Below, piece by piece: positions 47,775-51,474 of a stretch of 51,474 nt of DNA. Where the stretch lies: assembly GCA_002104905.1 (NCBI GenBank), contig MCFE01000629.1, positions 1 through 51,474 on the forward strand. The letters run 5' to 3'. Position numbers and translations under genes: made by a program. How positions within the stretch are numbered: the first letter of the stretch is position 1; each line of letters opens with the position of its first letter. This stretch comes from Basidiobolus meristosporus CBS 931.73 (Eukaryota; Fungi; Basidiobolomycota). Below the pieces are notes generated by a model that was not told where the DNA came from, searched no databases, and saw nothing but the letters and a program-made list of their open reading frames with translations.

Positions 47775-47781
47775 TTTTATA
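47775..47781 (-). promoter_or_regulatory. Candidate TATA box for SPE3
   Basis: TATAAAA about 60 bp upstream of the ATG. Confidence 0.5.
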
Positions 47782-47843
47782 CGCCATCCCGAGAAATCCT
47801 TCCCCCAATCAGCGGCCGAGCTGGGACGCACCGAGAAGTCCAA

Positions 47844-48616
47844 TCACCTTCGGGATCGGTTTCTTTCATCACGGTTCGTGGCCATTGGCTGGGGGAGATA
47901 GGCCCGCTGGTTAGGGAATGCCCACTTCAGGACTAAACCGTTTTCACGGTCGCTCCTTGGTAAGCGATGTGATTGATTCTGGGATGATTCGGAGATGGTA
48001 CACGGGATAGGATCCTCATCATCGAACGATGGCGAACTCCTAGGTGGATCAACATTGGGATCATTTTCTCGGTCGATTTCCGCGTTCGACAATGGAATTC
48101 GCATGTCGGAAGAACCTTCTACCGGGAGAACGGGGGTTTGCGCTGCCCTCGACCTAGCGTGCTGTGGAAGAGGGCCCTCCTGTGCTGGACTGAACGAAGG
48201 TCGAATTACTAAGCGACCACCTCCCTCGGAGCGATCGGTGTATCCAGAGGCTGACACAGGCTGAGGAGGTGGATGGCCAAGATCGCCAATATATGTCCCT
48301 GATACCTGTAAACAATGGATTCCGTGATCCCCAAGGAATCCACGGTAGCGGTATGCTGAGCACACTTCGGTACCAAACACGACCATAGATTCCGGGGGAT
48401 AGCAGGGGCTTCGTCACGCCGACAACACAGGGCTTGGCCGGCCTGCACTCGGCGAGATATCGCTATGCTCAGACTGTGCATCCCTGTGGTGATGGCGGAA
48501 ATTGCAACGATGATGATGGCGATGGCCACAGCGACGATCACGATTCGTGTTGATGACACCCACCCAGAAACTGGTGAATGTTGTGACTGACCAAGTGGCA
48601 TGGCTACTCCGCGCAA
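47844..48616 (-). other. Overlapping low-complexity ORFs, coding status unresolved
   Basis: 180-aa and 135-aa ORFs in different frames, no recognisable domain; overlaps the likely SPE3 promoter. Confidence 0.2.
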
Positions 48617-49322
48617 TCTATGCGGCTCAGCCCCCCCCCACCCATTGATACTTGGCCAATGCCCATGGATCAGTGTGGGTGGGTGACAATAAGACTATAT
48701 CTAGATGAGATGGGTGTTATCTGCCATGCACCCCGAATATCCTAATATTGGTCAAAGCTGACTCAGTCAAGACGGGGTGAGGGTTTCTACCCTACCTCCC
48801 ACGGATGGTGGGCTCGGATCCGGTCTTACACCTCCATATTTGCCATAACCGGCTGATGCATTAAGGAGGGATCATCAACGATGGTTCTCGTTAACCAAAT
48901 AGGGGTGGCCCGCGCCCACAGAGTTGAGTTGAGTCAAGTCAGGGAAGGCCTTGTAGGCGATAGGGAGCCCGCCGTGGAGCCAATGGAAACGGCTACCAAC
49001 GTAGATCTTGAGACACTGGTCATCAAAGTTCCGGTCAAGACCCAAGACTAATGCGCCCCACAGGTGTCTGGGATCCGATTCTGAATGGTGCACGAAGTTA
49101 CAGTGGGAACTGGGAGATAAATAACCAGGTTTATTTGTAACAATGTAACAATGCAACATCTACCCGCCGATGTTCAGGGTGGCGAGGGGGGAGGGGGAGG
49201 GATAATTCAGGCTTTCTAATGCAGTCAATGCGAAGATGTCTTGACGAGAAGGGGAGTTCGTATTTACAACCACGGCCACAACCACGACCACTCGGGTTGA
49301 GCCGGTGGATTCGTTCGGTGGT

Positions 49323-50177
49323 TTACCAGCGGCCCCGTGGGTACAGAGGATTTTCTGATACGGGGGAATGGCTCGCATGGGATTCTGGGTGGTCTGACTT
49401 GCCTCGGGTGTGAAGCTTGGCATGGCGGCGCAGGTTCGACAGCACAGAGAAGCGTCGGTTGCATCCGTCCTCCTTGCATTGGAACGGTTTCTCGCCGGTG
49501 TGAGAATAGATGTGGGTGTTCAGGGAGCTGGGCCTGGCAAATCGTTTCTTACAGTATGTACACCGGTACGGCTTGTGTACCGTCGTCGGTGACTGGTGAG
49601 TAGAATAGGGGTGGGAGGAATGGCTGGTGGCTAGATTGATGGCGGATCTTGTGTTGGCCTCCCATGGCTCTGGCCCATGTACCTTTTGGAAGGCGCTAGG
49701 ATAGGCGACCTTGGACCAATCGATATACTCTCTTTCGTAGTTGGTGGACTCTTTCCCGTCGAAGTATGGGCCAGCCATGGACACTGGAGATGCGAGTCCG
49801 GTCTTTTCAGCCACTTTGATTAGGTCCATTGGTAAACGAGCAGTGTCCGACTGTGGGGTAGCCAACAATGGAGAGGAGCTCGCAGACGAGATGCTGGAGG
49901 GCTTCTCTCCTCTAGGATAGAAGCTAATGCTGTCTCCAAGCATTTCGGCCTCGCAGTTGCAACCGGGCTTGCAGCAGCCGAACAGGCTGACGTCTTTGGG
50001 GTCCTCTTTTGGGCTCCATGAGGATTGGAACCGACTAGAGTGGGTGAGAGGCGGTGGAAGCGGGCTGGTGGACGAATCCAGCAGATCGGGGAACAGGGAG
50101 CGAAGATTCGGGAGCTGAAGTGATGTGCGTAATCCCATATCGTCACCAGAGGTGGATTGCATGGTCTGGAATGCCAT
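49323..50177 (-). CDS. C2H2 zinc-finger transcription factor (two C-terminal fingers), 284 aa
   Basis: YRCTYCKKRFARPSSLNTHIYSH-TGEKP-FQCKEDGCNRRFSVLSNLRRHAKLH; Ser/Pro-rich N-terminus. Confidence 0.9.
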   Translation of the reverse strand: MAFQTMQSTSGDDMGLRTSLQLPNLRSLFPDLLDSSTSPLPPPLTHSSRFQSSWSPKEDPKDVSLFGCCKPGCNCEAEMLGDSISFYPRGEKPSSISSASSSPLLATPQSDTARLPMDLIKVAEKTGLASPVSMAGPYFDGKESTNYEREYIDWSKVAYPSAFQKVHGPEPWEANTRSAINLATSHSSHPYSTHQSPTTVHKPYRCTYCKKRFARPSSLNTHIYSHTGEKPFQCKEDGCNRRFSVLSNLRRHAKLHTRGKSDHPESHASHSPVSENPLYPRGRW

Positions 50178-50250
50178 TGTCTAGGGAAGTGGCAAAGGAA
50201 TGGTGGATGGGGAGAGAACGGTTTCGAGGAATCGCCTTCCCGTGGGTGGA

Positions 50251-50257
50251 TTTTATA
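50251..50257 (-). promoter_or_regulatory. Candidate TATA box for the zinc-finger gene
   Basis: TATAAAA about 75 bp upstream of the ATG. Confidence 0.45.
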
Positions 50258-50786
50258 TGGCAACAGCACACACCGGGGAATTTCTGGCGGGCGTCACATG
50301 CTGCATATCCTCATGCGTACTCCTGCTCTCTACGCACTCCAAATGTGGGGGAGGGGGGAGGTTGAACGGACTTCGGAGTATTAACGACGATTTCACCATT
50401 TCTGGGATTAATTCATTCAACCTTTAGCCTATTTAGACAAGATGAAAAGGGGAGCGGTGTATCATTCATTTATTTGTATATGCTCGCTACAGTTAGCTTG
50501 GTTTGATTCAATCAAACGTGTCTTAGTTAAGGCGTCGCAATGTATTATTCCAAGGCAAAGTGGCATTGGCAGTACCCCAACCATGCCACGATCAAATCTA
50601 TGCTCTTCTTCGAGACATATCATCCGATTTATCTGATCAGTCAGCATTGATATACAAACAAACCCACCTGCCCCTATCGCAGCGCAGCAATTGCCCGTAT
50701 CCGGTAATTCGGTGATTCTTCCCTAGCTGAAAAATAGCCTCTTGATATCGACGGTGTTCCAATTGCGCGATTTTCACCCTCTAATA

Positions 50787-50835
50787 GCCCAAAACCCAGC
50801 CCAACCCAACCCAAACCCTAACCCTGGCCCTCACC
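50787..50835. repeat. Degenerate telomere-like CCC-repeat tract
   Basis: GCCCAAAACCCAGCCCAACCCAACCCAAACCCTAACCCTGGCCCTCACC, containing AAACCCTAACCCT. Confidence 0.5.
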
Positions 50836-51085
50836 GGTTGAGCTCTTTCTACCAAGTGCAAAGCTGGCTTTACCACTCCTCTGACCTAGCCCAAAGTGTA
50901 GACCAGCACTATGGTCTAATCTATCACCAGTGTCAAGCCAACGAATGCAGTTTAATATATTCTAGAGAGCCTTGAGGACGATGATGACGTATGGTTGAGT
51001 CAGCATCCTGTCAAGCAAACCAATGGTAGATTGGCCGGTAAACCCGTCCAGGATGGGCCAATTGGTACCACGCCCAGCTCGAAGA

Positions 51086-51091
51086 TATAAA
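51086..51091 (+). promoter_or_regulatory. Candidate TATA box for the kelch gene
   Basis: TATAAA about 45 bp upstream of ATG 51,135; CCAAT boxes near 51,020 and 51,058. Confidence 0.45.
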
Positions 51092-51134
51092 TGTCGCCGG
51101 CGGTTGCGTGACAAGAAAGTGATTGGGCTGTAGA

Positions 51135-51474
51135 ATGATATCCCCTCTTTTTATTTACATTTCGTTCATCGCGATCAACGTGGTTACCGTGACCGGTGCT
51201 CCCGCTGGTGCAGGCAGGTGGAAGAAATTGGCCGATTTACCTACATCCACTGCGGCCAACCTGACCGGTCGCGGTATTGGCTTGATGGCGGGAGAGTAGT
51301 CGATGGTAAGATTTACCTCGTCGGGGGCCAGGAAGGCTCCCGTCGCGGTGACGTTTACGGCACCAAAGTACTCGGATTTTCTCCCCCACCACCAACAGTT
51401 GGGGATATGGTAAGGACGCGCCTGATGCCAGAGAGCGCGCGGCGTCTGTCGTTGTAAACGACAACCTCTATATT
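51135..51474 (+). CDS. Probably secreted kelch-repeat protein, 5' part, two apparent frameshifts (runs off the window)
   Basis: MISPLFIYISFIAINVVTVTGAP (signal-like)...WKKLADLP / VVDGKIYLVGG / PTTNSW..GKDAPDARERAASVVVNDNLYI read in three successive frames. Confidence 0.7.

Noticed and set aside
46860-47936. 358-aa plus-strand ORF
   Set aside because: Antisense shadow of SPE3, expected from strong GC3 codon bias; no motifs.
48756-48762. TGACTCA (Gcn4/AP-1-type site), also TGAGTCA near 46,512
   Set aside because: Isolated 7-mers expected by chance; one lies downstream of SPE3 and the other about 1 kb upstream.

Overview
Eukaryotic, almost certainly fungal, genomic DNA in two sharply different compartments. 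(1) About 1-46,180 is a nested transposon block with near-total loss of CpG. It holds decayed CACTA/En-Spm transposases, Ty1/copia and Ty3/gypsy elements inserted into one another, solo LTRs, probable DIRS-like relics, and a 734-bp fold-back MITE (two full copies, one half copy, two end remnants). One element looks young and intact: a 3.6-kb LTR element (37,855-41,471, minus) with apparently identical 804-bp LTRs, a tRNA-Lys-type PBS, a PPT, a GCGC target duplication and one open 618-aa Gag-protease ORF with no RT or integrase. (2) About 46,200-51,474 is CpG-rich gene-bearing DNA: an intronless spermidine synthase, a two-finger C2H2 transcription factor and the 5' end of a probably secreted kelch-repeat gene with two apparent frameshifts. 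The best leads are a non-autonomous LTR clan whose readable insertion sites all have CG or its deamination products at the centre of a 4-bp target, a Gag-protease ORF that stays open with about one CpG in 1.86 kb, and a CpG-mutation boundary at about 45,560 that cuts through a single element. Alignments and counts were done by eye; boundaries of decayed elements are approximate.
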